A stretch of 64,000 bases of DNA from Octopus bimaculoides. Lineage: Eukaryota. The position numbers and the translations under genes are program-made. The stretch spans positions 106,599,628-106,663,627 of the forward strand of contig NC_068981.1 in assembly GCF_001194135.2 (NCBI RefSeq). Reading direction: 5' to 3'. The notes under the pieces are model-generated. The model was not told the DNA's origin, ran no database searches, and saw only the letters and a list, made by a program, of their open reading frames with translations. Shown here piece after piece: positions 12,486-25,619 of this stretch (position 1 is its first letter; each line of letters opens with the position of its first letter).

Positions 12486-13391
12486 TGAAGTCGTCAGGAA
12501 ATATCAGAAAAAGTGTTCTCGCCAGACTCTTGCTATAGTAACAAAGCTAAAGCACAGAGAGTGAAGTTGTTTGGCACAGACTGACCTTGAACTCCGCTGT
12601 GCATGCACACTAAGTTTTAACATTCTAGCACACTTCCGCTGTTTACAACAGTGCTTGGAAGGAAGGTCTGTAGCGTGTGATCATCGCATCAACCATGACA
12701 GAGAAAGTTGAGCAGAGAATCTACATCAAATTTTGTCAAAAGCTTGGCGATACTTGTCAGAGGCCTATGCAAAGTTTTCAAAGATCTTTCATTGTTCTGC
12801 ACACAATCAAGAAGTTCTTGTGCAACTGAATCCCGAGTGTCGTTTTAGTCAACTGAAAGCAGTTTCGGCAAAACTTGGCAGATACACATCTCATACCCAA
12901 ATCTTCAGTGATAATGGACTGAATTGAACCGTAACTAATCTGCCCATCCTCTGATAACTTATGGATGGTGATTCGACGATTTCTCCTCACAGCTGCATAC
13001 ACATCTGCGATGCTCTTCTCAGTTCTGCTGGGTGCCTGTCTCCCAGAACGTTCGTCAATATTGACATTTTTTCGGCCATCTTGAAAACGTCTGAACCATT
13101 TGTACACTTGTGTGCAGCTCATATACTCCTCTCCATACATTTTCTGTAACTCTGCTTAGGCTTCTGAGCAGGTATTGCCATGACAACTTTCTCTGTCATG
13201 ATCAATGCGACAATCACACGCCACACACCTTCCTTCCAAGCACTGATGTAAACAGCAGAATTGAGCTAGAATGTTAAAACTTAGTGCACGTACACAACAG
13301 AGTTCAAGGTCAATCTGTGCCAAGCAGTTTCACTCTGTTTTTTAGTATCCTTACTATGGCAGCAGTCCAGATACTTATTGATCAGACCTCA
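12486..13391 (-). mobile_element. Non-autonomous two-5'-end mariner derivative (copy 2), inserted in Gypsy gag
   Basis: Right TIR AGTCCAGATACTTATTGATCAGACCTCA followed by TA (13392-13393); left TIR degraded. Minus ORF 12778-13140 is homologous to ORF 164-577. Same arm architecture as copy 1. Confidence 0.85.
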
Positions 13392-13733
13392 TATTGTGTA
13401 AAATTTTCAGTGAAAAAGCTCATTATTCAATATACTTTGGAAGGGTCTGAACATAGAGAAAAGCAACGACGAGGACTATATCACATATACTGGTAGAGTA
13501 AACAGGGAATGTGGGAAGTTTAAGATGGACGAATTAATGCCAGATGTGTTCAAATGTCTTATTTTTACACAGGGACTTACTTCCAAAACGAACACAGAAG
13601 TTAGAACTAGAATTCTCACAAAACTGGAACAAAACCAGGATGTAACCCTACAGCAAGTGTCAGAAGAATGTGAAAGGATAGTCAAATTAAGACACGATGC
13701 AGTGGAAATTAAATGTAAAGATTATATAAGAAT

Positions 13734-14113
13734 TGGATGAGATATGACGGCTCGGCCATCTCTCCCCAGTTCTTATATTAATCATTGAATCTAGAAATAC
13801 AACAACACGAGGGATAACGGTAACAACAGATCAATAATTTATTCTAGGTTGGTGTAGAGCTGTTTCGTTCCTGGGTGAACAGGCATGCTGCTAGAATACC
13901 AAGGAAGCTTCGACCACACGTCGGTATCGAGCTGAGAGATACGTGTTGTCACCACCGCTGCTAGAGAGAGAAGAGATCGAACGCTATTGCTCTCTCTCCA
14001 CCTGTTGCCTTGCGCATGCATGCCCGGGTACTTCCGCTGACGACAAGTCCCTTGCACATGCGCAATGGCACTTCCCAAGATGGCGGCCGATGGCGGCCAC
14101 ACACGCCACTACA
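13734..14113 (-). mobile_element. Probable solo LTR of a second, younger family
   Basis: ~380-bp GC/CpG-rich block interrupting gag. Minus strand begins TGTAGT, ends CATCCA and contains AATAAA. AATT occurs at both junctions, overlapping the termini. Confidence 0.6.
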
Positions 14114-15794
14114 ATTATTTCCAAGTAAAGCAAGTGCAAAATAATCAGAATAAAGTGTTTTCTAAAAAAACATGACAAAAATCAGGAAATAAACCCGTTC
14201 TGCATGTGGAGGTATACACCTGAAGAAAAATTTTCCATTCAAGAAAGCGGAGTACTTTTATTGTGGTAATATCAGACATGTAAATATGCACTGTAGAACA
14301 AAGATGACAAAACGTCAGAACAAAGGAAAAAGGATAAATGTCATCGGTAAAAATTGGTAATATAATGATGAGGAAATTCATGAAGGTGAAAATCTGAAAT
14401 ACAAGTGTCAAAATGAAATTAGACACTGGAAGTGATATCACCACTATGAATGAAAAAACTTGGAAATATATTGGTAAACCAAAATTAATTAAATCGAAGA
14501 CGGTAGCACATGTTAGTTATGGGAAAGAGATTATGTTTTTTTGGTGAATTCATATGTAGCGTAACATTTCAAGGTCAAACAAAAAAGGCAAAGATAAAAG
14601 ATTCATTTAATCTATTCGGCACAGAGTGGATAGAACTATTGAAGTTATGGAATACACCCATAAGTGTTTTGAGTGGAAATACAGTCGGTTTAGTCAAAGA
14701 TTTGAATGTGGCTGAGGGACTGAAACAAAAAATTGCAGTAAAACAGAGTGGAACACCTGTATGTAAGCCAAAATGAAATAAAAAATTGCCCACAACAGAG
14801 AGTGAACATTGTTCAAACATAGATGTTTCATGGTCGAGACTAAACATCGATGTTTCTGGTCCATTAAACAGTTATTACTACTTAGTGGCAGTTGATAGTT
14901 TCTCGAAATGGTCAGAAATTTGTAAGTGTAAAAAACCAACCTCCTCAACTGTGATAAATTTTTTACATAAATTGTTTGCAAGATTTGGCATCCCAGATAA
15001 GATAGTGTCTGACAATGGAACACAATTTGTGTCTAGTGAATTTAAAATGCTTTGTGAAACGTTCATGGTAGAACATGCAACTACTGCACCATACCATTCC
15101 AGATCTAACAGACAGGCAGAATGCTTTGTTGATAATTTCAAAACAGCCCTTAGAAAATTGAACAAGGAAATCATAGATGAGGTAGCTCTACAACAATTTT
15201 TAAGAGTGTACCGTGTGACACCATATCTGGATGGACCAGCAGGTAGCTCACCAGTGGAGCTGATGTTTGTGAGGAAAGTAAAATCAGTCTTCGATAAATT
15301 GCTACCAGGCAAGAAGAAAAAATGCCAGGGAGAGCATTACAAGATTCTTTCAAATTGGTGAAAAGGTGTATATGAAGGCATACAAGAATGGAAAGCAAAA
15401 TTGGGAAGATGGCGTAATTATCAAATGCATAGGTAAAATGATGTATTGGGTAAAAAGTAGAAAAGGCATACAAAAGAGACACAGGAACCAACTGAAAAAG
15501 AGATTCATGGAAAGTGAACCAAAGAAGTTGGAGGAACTGATACCAAAGCAGTTGGAGGAACTGATGGAATGGTTGTATAATACATTCCAAGTACCAATGC
15601 CACTGCAGGTCATTTAACTCAGGCGTACAAGTGAAAGAAAAATAAAACATACAGAGTTCCTGAAAATAGATGTTAAGCGCAAAAAATATTAAATTGTATG
15701 AAAAAAAAAGAAACTCAAAAAGGGAGGTAGAGTGAATAAAAAAAATTATTGCTAAATAAAATGACACTTCCCAAGAAAAACTTAAAAGGGGAGA

Positions 15795-15962
15795 TGTAAG
15801 GAATTAGTAATAATGGTACACCCCTCCCACATAATGAATGGAATAACCTAGTCACTGTAAGTAAAGAGAGTATGTAGTAGGCAGTCAGATAGTCATGTTT
15901 TGCTAAATATATTGTATACTGAAGTGAGCATTATAACAAGCCAACATTTTAAGGATATAACA
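15795..15962 (+). repeat. Gypsy 3' LTR (168 bp)
   Basis: Follows the PPT, begins TGTAAGG, ends ATAACA. The terminal segment matches 12144-12161. Confidence 0.8.
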
Positions 15963-16179
15963 CAAGGTGAGGTGAATCAAGAGTATGATCAATGCAAATG
16001 GTTATTAGTGCCAGATTAGTCTGAGTTAATATTGTTGAAATTGCTTAAAAAAATATCATAGAAATGTAGAAACTGAAAAGAAGAATTCATGCTACTCAAA
16101 TGTGAAGACTTTCCCAAGTTATTGCTGGTCACTGTATAACAAAAATTGTAGTGACTAAAAAAGCCAAGGTTGTTATTGT

Positions 16180-16340
16180 TGTTTCAACTCATGTTAACCT
16201 TGATTGGACCAGTATACTATCAACCATGTTTCAGTCATGATTATCCAATTGAGATTTCAGACACAGTACACCTAAAACTATATCATTCAATATGTCCTAG
16301 CTTTTAAAAGCAGTAGAGTATGAGTTAAAAGGTATATTAA
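16180..16340. repeat. Diverged interspersed repeat, SINE-like tail
   Basis: Aligns with about 17355-17530 (GTTGTTATTGTT...GACACAGT.CA.CTAA.ACTATAT.ATTCAAT.TGTCCTAGCTT). Related sequence at about 8755-8930 and 63860-64000. Confidence 0.5.
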
Positions 16341-16484
16341 TTATTTCTCCTTTAATCAAAACTTGAATTTTTATTAACATTTTAATCAAGCAGTATGTTA
16401 TTAAATATACAATTAGCCTATTTCCATAACCTCATCTTAATCAATAAGGTATAGTTCATACCTCGAGATATTTACTGAGTCTAG

Positions 16485-16556
16485 GTTACAAGGATCACTC
16501 AGGCTTCCATTTTGTGAACTACTGTCATGGTGATTATCTGAATGACATTTGTTTCA
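16485..16556 (+). other. Candidate 72-nt internal coding exon of an unidentified host gene
   Basis: TCTAG acceptor, GTAAGT donor, open phase 1-1 frame YKDHSGFHFVNYCHGDYLNDICF. Weak polypyrimidine tract; no neighbouring exon confirmed. Confidence 0.25.
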
Positions 16557-17689
16557 GTAAGTGATTCAATTATCTAAAAACTGAACTGTGTATTCATTGA
16601 AGAAAGAATTTCTGAAATTAAAAGTATTGATGTTAGATCTACGATGCAATCCTATTTGTTTAAATAAGTCAGTCAAATACTGTACCTAGTAAATACTCCA
16701 CATTAAAACATACAAATTCAAGCCTAAATATATGGAACAATTAGATTAAAGGAGTTTTGCAAATTCCTTAGCAATTTATATTTAATTAAAGTGTTAGTAG
16801 GATAAATCCAAATATAATACACATGAAAACATTTAGCTGATTAATGTCACAAAACAATTGCCATATGAATTCACGATAAATATAAATTTCAAATATGAAA
16901 AGAAGTTAAAATCTTTTAAAAATTATGCTAAAACCAGCATATTAATTTTCTTTGTCTTCTATTATTATTCCCTCCACACCTCAGATGATTTATTGAAATT
17001 GGTCCCAGTACTTGAATGATATCTTATTTTACTAACCTCAGAAAGATGAACAATGAATTTGACCTCAACAAGATTTGAACTTAAAACATAAAGAACCATA
17101 GCTAGATACCACAGTCTTTTTCTTTTCTTCTGATACTCTAACAATTCTGCCTAAAATTCTAATACACACAAGCTAATACCACTGAAAATAATGTATCTCA
17201 CTGAAAAACTGATTTATTCACAGGTCAATATTCAACAACAAATACTTTCATACATATGTAGAAAGCCTTTGATATACATACCTTTCTCAAGGGGGTTATT
17301 GCTATTCACTTTGTTAGATATTAATATATCAAAAATTGCAGGGATTAAAAGTCCAGGGTTGTTATTGTTTAGTCTCAGGTCAGCCCTGATTGAGCAAGCA
17401 TACGGTCAATGATGTTACAACCATGATTGCTCAATTGATTTTTCTGACACAGTGCAACTAAGACTATATTATTCAATGTGTCCTAGCTTAGCTAAGTAGT
17501 TGAGTATAGGTTAAAGGAGATTTAATTGTTATTTCTACCATAGTAAAACAGGCATGTAGAGGTTTCGTCTTTGGTTCATAAGTTGTTGATTTAAAATCTA
17601 AATGAAATCAGGCTTTTATCATTAGATTCCATATTTGTTTTAAGAAACAGATGAAATGAGTCAAAGAAGGAGTCTTGACAAAGCATTTA

Positions 17690-17790
17690 GATCATCATTA
17701 TTATCATCAGCAGCATTTAATATGTTTTCCACGCTGGCATGGGTTGGATGGCTTGACAGAAACTGGCAAGGCCAGAGGCTGCACACAGGT
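17690..17790 (-). mobile_element. RTE-family 3' tail fragment
   Basis: CATCAT..TTTTCCACGCTGGCATGGGTTGGATGG..., the reverse complement of the RTE 3' end. Confidence 0.6.
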
Positions 17791-18028
17791 TCCAATATTT
17801 GACCTATTATAGATAAGATTAAAATATTCTTCAAATCCTACAACTTAAAAATTGAGATATATATTCTGGTCCTAGATGCATTAAATATATGGGAAAGCTG
17901 GGAGATCACAGCTAAAATGATTCTGATTATAGATCATCTCAGTCTGAGTTCACCTGGGATAAAATAGCAAAACTTAACAGCAATAAATAGCTGAAATTCT
18001 TAACCACTATTATATAGGTATTTTATAT

Positions 18029-21000
18029 CATGATCCGACTTTTGGTCCAGTGTCACTTTATCCAATGTCACTTCATCCACGTTTTTTGGTCTCACATCTT
18101 TTTGTCCGATGATTATTTTGTCCAACAACTTTTTATCCAATTTTAAATAAACTCTTTAGAAAACAAGGTGAACATCAAAATCAAATAATCATTGAGAATT
18201 TTATAGACAGGATTCAAGTAAAATATTGTGGAAAAATGTATTTTAAAAAAAGACATTTAAAAAAAATTAATAAGATATAACTAATGGTTTATTATGATCA
18301 CTTAAAATTGATGCAAATTATCAGGTCATCTCATAAGTTCTGTCCGATTTTATCTTTTTTAAAATTGAATGAAATTTAATAGTATTTTAGAATGTCTAAT
18401 GGAATTAAAAATTATTTTTATGCATTTGTGTACTTTTAAACTAATTAAATATTATTTTACAGAATAATAGAATTAAAATTTCTTTGATTAAAACCCTTTC
18501 TAACAGGGAAGTATCCAAAGAGCATTTAAGGCACATAATGCTTTATGAGTACAAAAAAGAAAACTCTGCAGCGGAAGCGACTCGAAACATACACTCAGTT
18601 TATGGGAAAGAATGCTTGAGTGAAAGAACTTGCAGAAGATGGTTTGCAAATTCAGAAGTGGAGATATCAGCCNNNNNNNNNNNNNNNNNNNNNNNNNNNN
18701 NNNNNNNNNNNNNNNNNNNNNNNNNNNNNNNNNNNNNNNNNNNNNNNNNNNNNNNNNNNNNNNNNNNNNNNNNNNNNNNNNNNNNNNNNNNNNNNNNNNN
18801 NNNNNNNNNNNNNNNNNNNNNNNNNNNNNNNNNNNNNNNNNNNNNNNNNNNNNNNNNNNNNNNNNNNNNNNNNNNNNNNNNNNNNNNNNNNNNNNNNNNN
18901 NNNNNNNNNNNNNNNNNNNNNNNNNNNNNNNNNACAGCAAATCCTGAGTTGACATCTGCTCTTCTCTCCATTCTCATGAACTCATTTCACCCTTTTTGTA
19001 TAGACTTGTGACTGGTGACAAAAAATGGATCTTCTATCAAAATGTTAAACGTCGTAAACAGTGGCTTGGTAAAAGGGAAAAAGCTCAACCACAACTGAGA
19101 AGGGAACTTCATGGGAAAAAGTTTCTTCTCTCTATCTGGTAGGATTGCAAAGGAGTAATTCACTTTGAATTGTTACCACCTAATGCAACAATCAATGTTC
19201 AAGTCTACTGTCAGCAATTAGAGCGTTTGAACCAAGCTTTGAAGAGAAAAAGACCCACTTTAGTGAATGAAAAAGGAGTGATGTTTCATCAGGACAATGA
19301 GCAACCCTACACTGCAAAGATCACATCACAGAAGATCGAAAAGCTTGGTTGGGAAAAAATTCCTCATCCACCTTATTTTCCTGACCTTGCTCCTTCAGAC
19401 TACCATTTGTTTCATAGTTTACAGAATCATTTGTGGGACATAACTTTTGCAAGCCAGGAGGAGGTCGAAACTGACATTTCAGACTTCTTCGCTTTGAAAC
19501 CACATGAGTTTTACATTGATGGGATTAAAAAGCTTGTAAATAGATGGAAGGAAGTCATAGATAATCAGGGAAAGTACATTGGTGATTAAATTTCAATTAA
19601 ATATAACATTTGATCACTTGTTTTCTTTATTCAAAATTTGGACAGAACTTATGGGATGACCTGATAAATGCCACACTCTTCAAAAAATCAATTTTTCTCT
19701 TGTTAACCCATATTCAATGACCAATCTTTTGAGGTGCTCAGTTATTCTTCGATATTGTGTGCATGAATCTGACGGATCTCCTCAAAGAATTTTAGTCATT
19801 TTACCTCAAACGAACCCTTCCTCTTCCTTCAGACTTTTGATTAATTTCCAAATATTCAAATGTGCTCCACTTGCCAAACGCTTTATTGCAGAATGAAACT
19901 CCTCCGCAGCATTATTTGTTCTGGGAAGATCAATATGCTGATTAACATTCCATACAACTATCGGGAATGTAGGTGGTTCTCTCCTTCATCTAGCACCATG
20001 TCCTCTCATAACACCTATGTAAGTCAAGTCAAAGTAAGAGATAAATTCAGCAGGTATTTCTTCATCATCTATTAAATTCTTCATAGGCCTCTTCAACATC
20101 TTCAATGGGTAGGAAGGCTAATGCTGAAAAAACATCGAATTTTAAGACAGAATTCAAAGTCTTTGTTGTATTTTTGTTTGCAGCCTAAATCTGTAATTTT
20201 TCAAAATACTGATTGGTTCAAATGAAACAAACATACCACGATAAATGAATTAGAGAATGAAGAATTAAATGTCTTATGAACTGCAACTTTGAAATCTGCC
20301 ATAAGATCATGCAGATATGTATTAGGTTGCATAATTTTCAATTGCTTGAAAAATAATTCATATGTCTGCTGTGTTTCATTTGGCAGTAATGCAATGACCT
20401 GTGGAAAACTGCTACCTTTAACTTGTACATGAATGGTAAACAGTTGAAACCACTGTTCTGGCACAATTTTGAATGTTCCATCACATGCCCAATAACGATA
20501 TGATGCTATATCCTGAAGAGCACTTTCTGATGCAAATACTAGTATGTGCTGTTGATCCTCAATACCTGAATCATATCTCAGAAACTGTTCGCTATTATCG
20601 AGTTTACAATATTCTTCAGGTATTTTAAAACCAGTTCTAGCCCCTGGATTAGTGGGAAATCCAGAATATTTTTGTCAGCACCTTTGAATAGTCTTTGAAA
20701 GTATAGGCAAATATTTTCCAATTAGCTGCCTAAACTTAACTGCTATTATGATATGTGAACTTGCTGTTATGTTTTCCACTGCTTCATGCTTTATTTTTGC
20801 AACTGATATTCTAGTATTTAATGAATCAACATCAGCTGAATGAAGGTGCACACTAGGAAAATAAATAATTTTCGGCTCATTGCTTTCCATTATTGTGTGA
20901 TTTCACATTGAACACAGCCTTCTTTTCTCACATCTCCAGTATTTATTTCCCAGTTTTGTATTGCTTGAATGAAAATCGTAGGGGTAATTACTTTCATCAA

Positions 21001-21359
21001 CTACTTTTCTTTAGTTTTTAGTTGATTACTATGAAGTTTGTCATTTCTAGATGGGTAAATTAAAAATGCATACACTAAATTTGCATCACTCTCTATACAC
21101 AGTACCATACTTAAGAGAGAGAGAAGGAAAAAGAGAAAGCAAAACTGCTGACAGAAAAGGGAAAAGAACAATAATAACAATCCTATAACAAGGCTTGTTA
21201 TAGTTTCGTAAATATTTCACCTTGTTTTCTAAAGAGTTTATTTAAAATTGGACAAAAAGTCATTGGACAAAAAAATCATTGGACAAAAAGATGTCGGACC
21301 AAATGACATGGACAAAAAGACGTTTGACGAAGTGATGTCGGATGAAAAGACTTAGCACC
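18029..21359 (-). mobile_element. Mutator-like (MULE) transposon with FLYWCH domain
   Basis: 9-bp TSD ATTTTATAT at 18020-18028 and 21360-21368. ~145-bp TIRs including a perfect 37-bp match (TCCAATTTTAAATAAACTCTTTAGAAAACAAGGTGAA). Degenerate minus-strand transposase about 21040-19740: FLYWCH-like KYWRCE, WACDGTFK, MADF, CLFH, PRTNNAAE. Confidence 0.88.
18321..19664 (+). mobile_element. Full-length mariner (DD34D) nested in the MULE
   Basis: TA TSD at 18319-18320 and 19665-19666. ~28-bp TIRs TCAGGTCATC(T/C)CATAAGTTCTGTCC. Transposase 18484-19589 with HLRHIMLYEY, VTGDKKW, HQDN-34 aa-D (YFPDLAPSDYHLF). Contains a stop, frameshift(s) and an N gap. Confidence 0.95.
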
Positions 21360-23559
21360 ATTTTATATTACTCAAAATGGAAATAGAGCATACCACCAGG
21401 AATGATTAGGATCTCTAGTAAAAACAATAGACTAACCAGAGTAATGTCTAAATAATAGAACTGATTATCAAAGGTGTGATATCAACTATTGTCTAGTAAT
21501 AGTGCATTTATTAGATACACAAGAAGAATTACCAAACTGTATTTCTATAGAATTCTAGTTTAATATGCATTTTCTGGGGTTATAATTCTTTTTTCATGAC
21601 TTAGAGGAGAAAGTACAGTGCCCATGTTCCCTTTCAGGACCGTCAACACTGATGAGAGGAAGGGAAAAGATTATCTTCTGTCCAGAGACCTGGTCCAAAA
21701 GCTCACAACAGAATATATTCTGCTAAAACCATCAAGTCCTTCCAACTGGCTTCCAAACAACTTTGATCAAGCAAATTTCATTTCTAGGCTTTGGTTGGCT
21801 CAGAGCAATGGTTGAACACATTCTCCAAGGGTGCATATTATGGGATTAAACTTGAAGCAATGCAGTTGCTAAGCAAACTTCTTTATTATACAGCTAGGCG
21901 GGAGACTTAATAAATATCATACATATTGACTACTTCATTACAAGACAATTTGGATCCTTGAAACACAAAGGAACTTTATAAATAAATTAGTAAATTCCTT
22001 GAAGGAAAAGCCATAAATCTGTTGATGACAAACACCCATTCTGACAAGGCACCCTACAGAACTCAATCTTATTTATTAATCATATTCATTGGTTGAGACA
22101 ATGTGAAGACTGCAAAATATTCAGAGTTGTGGATGACAAAGAGAGCTGAGCTGATACAATAAGTTTAAATAAACTGAATTTTGGCCTGATAGTGGTAATT
22201 ATCCTTTAAAGTGGTATGATATGTGTACATATTAGAGAAAAGAAGAACCATATTTCATAATTACCCAACGGCTGCTTGCAAATTATTGAAAATATGTTTT
22301 TGACACACTTTGAGATTATACTGAAACTGGACAGTTTTTTTATTATGTCATTGGTAGGAGGATTTTGATTATGGCATTGCTTTTACAATTATGATATTCT
22401 TTTCATCAACTAGTCAATTATGATGTAGGAGTGGAACCTTTTGTATTTAGGCAAATTGAGGCAATCTGAGTATATCTTGCCTACAAGCATAATATTGGAT
22501 ATGACCATGTATTCAGTGAGTCAGTATCTTCATATGAGAGCTACAGTACCAAATACACATTAGATATTGAAATATACAGAGTCACATTTAGGGAGTAAAA
22601 AGAAATAAAAATATATATTGACTTCAATATTTAAAGTAAGGCAAAGTTAATGCATTTAATGCAGGGATAAATTTTTATGTAACTCATTATCTAATATCAT
22701 TTTGATTATTTTGATTGGGATTAGATTGAAATGTGTTATGAGTAATTCCTATATTTGCCAAAATAATTTATAAAATATAAGTCGGTGGCTTTTGTTTCCT
22801 CATCATATAATTATTTCTAGTTGTTTTATGCTCCTTGCATTAAAAATGTTAGAAAGTGTCATAAAGTATCAAACATAGATGTTTGATTTGCTTGCATAAA
22901 AGATAATATTGTTAATTCCAGACAATAAGACAATGCTAGACTCAGTAAACTTGAAGAAGCTATTCATGTAAGTTATTTAAGATATGATATGAGAAATTAT
23001 GAAACAACAAAGAATATAGAATGACAAATTGATTTCTAAGTGAATTTGTTGTGTCCAAAACAAGCAATCTAAACTAGTCTTGACAAATATTGGCAAAAAA
23101 ATTCAGATTTCCTTTTGTGAGTATTGAAAAACTTACTGTTAATGATGTTGCACTTAATGGAGTTAGACATAAAACCAATCATAAGGAAAATAATAAAACT
23201 CACTAAATAAACTTTTGGGTGTTTTAGAAAAAATTATTCTATCAGCCCTTGGGTAAGATACCTAATTATGTGCTTATTCAGGAGGATCTAAGAAAATTTT
23301 GCACAATGTGCTTCCTTATTGGATTAACATATAAATACCAAAGAATTTCTCACTTGGAAGAATAGAGAAGTAAATTTTATAGAGAAAAGATTTAAGAAAT
23401 CTACTTTCAGGATTCTTTCTCCTATTTGCAATCATTATTCAATACACATTGCACACATCTCGTTTGGCAATTTTTCATGATTTAAATACAAGGATTGGGA
23501 GAGACAAATTGTATGATTGATTTTTTTTCAATCAATGCAAATAGCTTGTCAGCAATATT

Positions 23560-23800
23560 CATGAAACTGCTTAACATTACCATTTTGTTTTCCTCCTCAT
23601 GACAATACTTTCCATCTAACCATTTCTCCAATATTAAAGACAATCTCCTTTTAGAAGTTTCTATATGCTGCTGGAGTACTCAGATGCTAATTTTGGGGAG
23701 TAATAAACTTGAATACAATTTTCATTTTTCTGGAATATTTTACATCTATTTTTTGCATTAAACTTTTTGCAAAGATTTAATACTTTTACAAATGTCTGTT
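23560..23800 (-). pseudogene. Possible hAT dimerisation-domain remnant
   Basis: Minus strand reads LSTPAAYRNF*KEIVFNIGEMVRWK, loosely like LSIPATSxxSERxFSxxGxxV. Heavily decayed. Confidence 0.25.
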
Positions 23801-24851
23801 AAAAGCTAGATGTCTTTCCAAATTCTAAAATATTTACTAAGTCTGAATCACTGATGTCCATTTTCATATAGGTTAAGTGAAGCAGAAGCAATATGCTTTG
23901 TGTAATTACAGTTTTAGTGAGTACTTTTAGGAATATTTAAAATTATGAACCTCCAAACTGTAGTTAAGAACTGTAGCAACCATACCACTTTCTAATGATA
24001 CTCAAAATTCTTCTGATATTATTTATTTTTAAAATCTACCCTGATCTCTTGAATTACTGGGTACATTAAATGACATTTGTGTAATTTAAACTTAAGTATT
24101 AGAAGCCTGCTCAGTTGTTTAACAAGATTTATACATTAATGCATTTCTTAAGTGAGAGATTTAAATCTCACCATTATAAAATCCCAAACTACATATCAGT
24201 TTCCAGTTAATTTAGCACTCAACCATCAAATAATTCTTTCTATCTCCTTTTCTGTTTTTAAATGAGTTATACTCTATGAAATATTCAAGACAAAGCTTTT
24301 TAAAAGTTCATATCATAAAATATGATGATGTTGTGACATAGTTCAAGGTATATCTTTAAAATAATTCTTCAGATTTCACTTTTAATCGACAATATCACTG
24401 AGTTCTTTTTCTTTCTACTTACAACACATTTAAGTACATTTATTCCTTTATTTTTGTGAAACATTTAACATAAAATGTTCTATAAAAATAAGCACAGAGA
24501 AAGGAACATATAAAGAGAATAGTTTATTTTATTTTAAATAATGAATTCCACACTGGTGAAGAGTTAAAAAAGAAATTCTAAGCTCTTGGTAGAGATGCCA
24601 TCTAAAGTTTAGTTTTTGGTATGTCAAGCTTGGCAGTATGGTCAAAGGTAAGATTCCAGACAAAGAGCAATGTAAGAAAACTTGAATGTTGAGCCTGTAT
24701 AAGAGGACACAATATCATAATCTCTATGAAAGCAGAGGTAGGATATCATTGGTTTTCAATAAATTTCATCTTTTTACATCAGGGGAAAACCTTGATAATG
24801 TCCATTTGTTTCAAAGTGATCTTCTTTAAAAACAGACTTTAAATTAATTAC

Positions 24852-25045
24852 TCTTTTACTCTCTTACTTACTTCAGTCATTTGACTGCGGCCATGCTAGA
24901 GCGCTGCCTTGAAGAGTTTTAGTTGAACAAATCAACCCCAGGACATTTCTTAAGCTTAGTACTTATTCTGTCACATTCTTTTGCCAAATCGCTAAGTTAT
25001 GGGGATGCAAACACACCAATACCAGTTGTCAAGTGGTGATGGGAG
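24852..25045 (-). mobile_element. SINE 3' half (family of 6657-6919)
   Basis: Reverse complement aligns with 6770-6919. Confidence 0.75.
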
Positions 25046-25619
25046 AACAAATTATTCTTTTATCGTTTGTCCCTTTAGTATTTTCAAAATTCATTTCTTC
25101 ATATTGACAAACTGGAGAAACTTTTTAAAATGGTTTCCACATGTTCTGATTAGCTTTCATTCTTTGAAAAGCCACTCTTGAGATAAAATGTTGTGTTCTA
25201 TATCCAGTTTTGACAAATTTATGTTTGAATAAACAAAATAATAAAATGTAAATAATAACTACTGGAACTAACAGGAAAATGTCATAAATAAAAAAAGAAA
25301 TTCTTTGTTTTTTTATTTAGTCACAAAACGTGCATATTTATAGGAAAGGAGAATGAAAGCATGAATGTGCATACCTTTCCCAAGATAATTATCAATCTTA
25401 AGTGAACTGGTATTAACTACATTCTATTTTTAATTAATCTTAATTAATTTAAATTTCTGGGGTTGTCTCCTTTGCCTTTCTTAACCATTTGGTTCATTAA
25501 GATATCGATTGGTTCCTCTAATTATTGGTGAAAATTTAATTAGTTAAAATTTATTGAGTTAGCACATTAAGTATGACGGCATTGAGTCAAAGAAGATGGA
25601 AAACTTCAAGTAAACAAGC

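Larger units (their letters stand above)
12117..15962 (+). mobile_element. Gypsy LTR retrotransposon, RT/RNase H deleted, with nested insertions
   Basis: 5' LTR end ...CATTTTAAGGATATAACA (12161) then PBS-like TGGTGAGAAGGA. gag (SSLFNILWKGLNIEK..YTGRVNREC..FKCLIFTQGL, CCHC remnants about 14200-14310). Protease MKLDTGSDITT at 14413. Integrase 14786-15361 (VAVDSFSKW, IVSDNGTQF, SNRQAECFV). PPT AAAAGGGGAGA. 3' LTR 15795-15962 is TG...CA with the same terminal 18 bp. Confidence 0.9.

Noticed and set aside
16471-16484. 14-bp match CTAGACTCAGTAAA with about 22936 on the opposite strand
   Set aside because: Matches of this length are expected by chance in 64 kb of AT-rich DNA.
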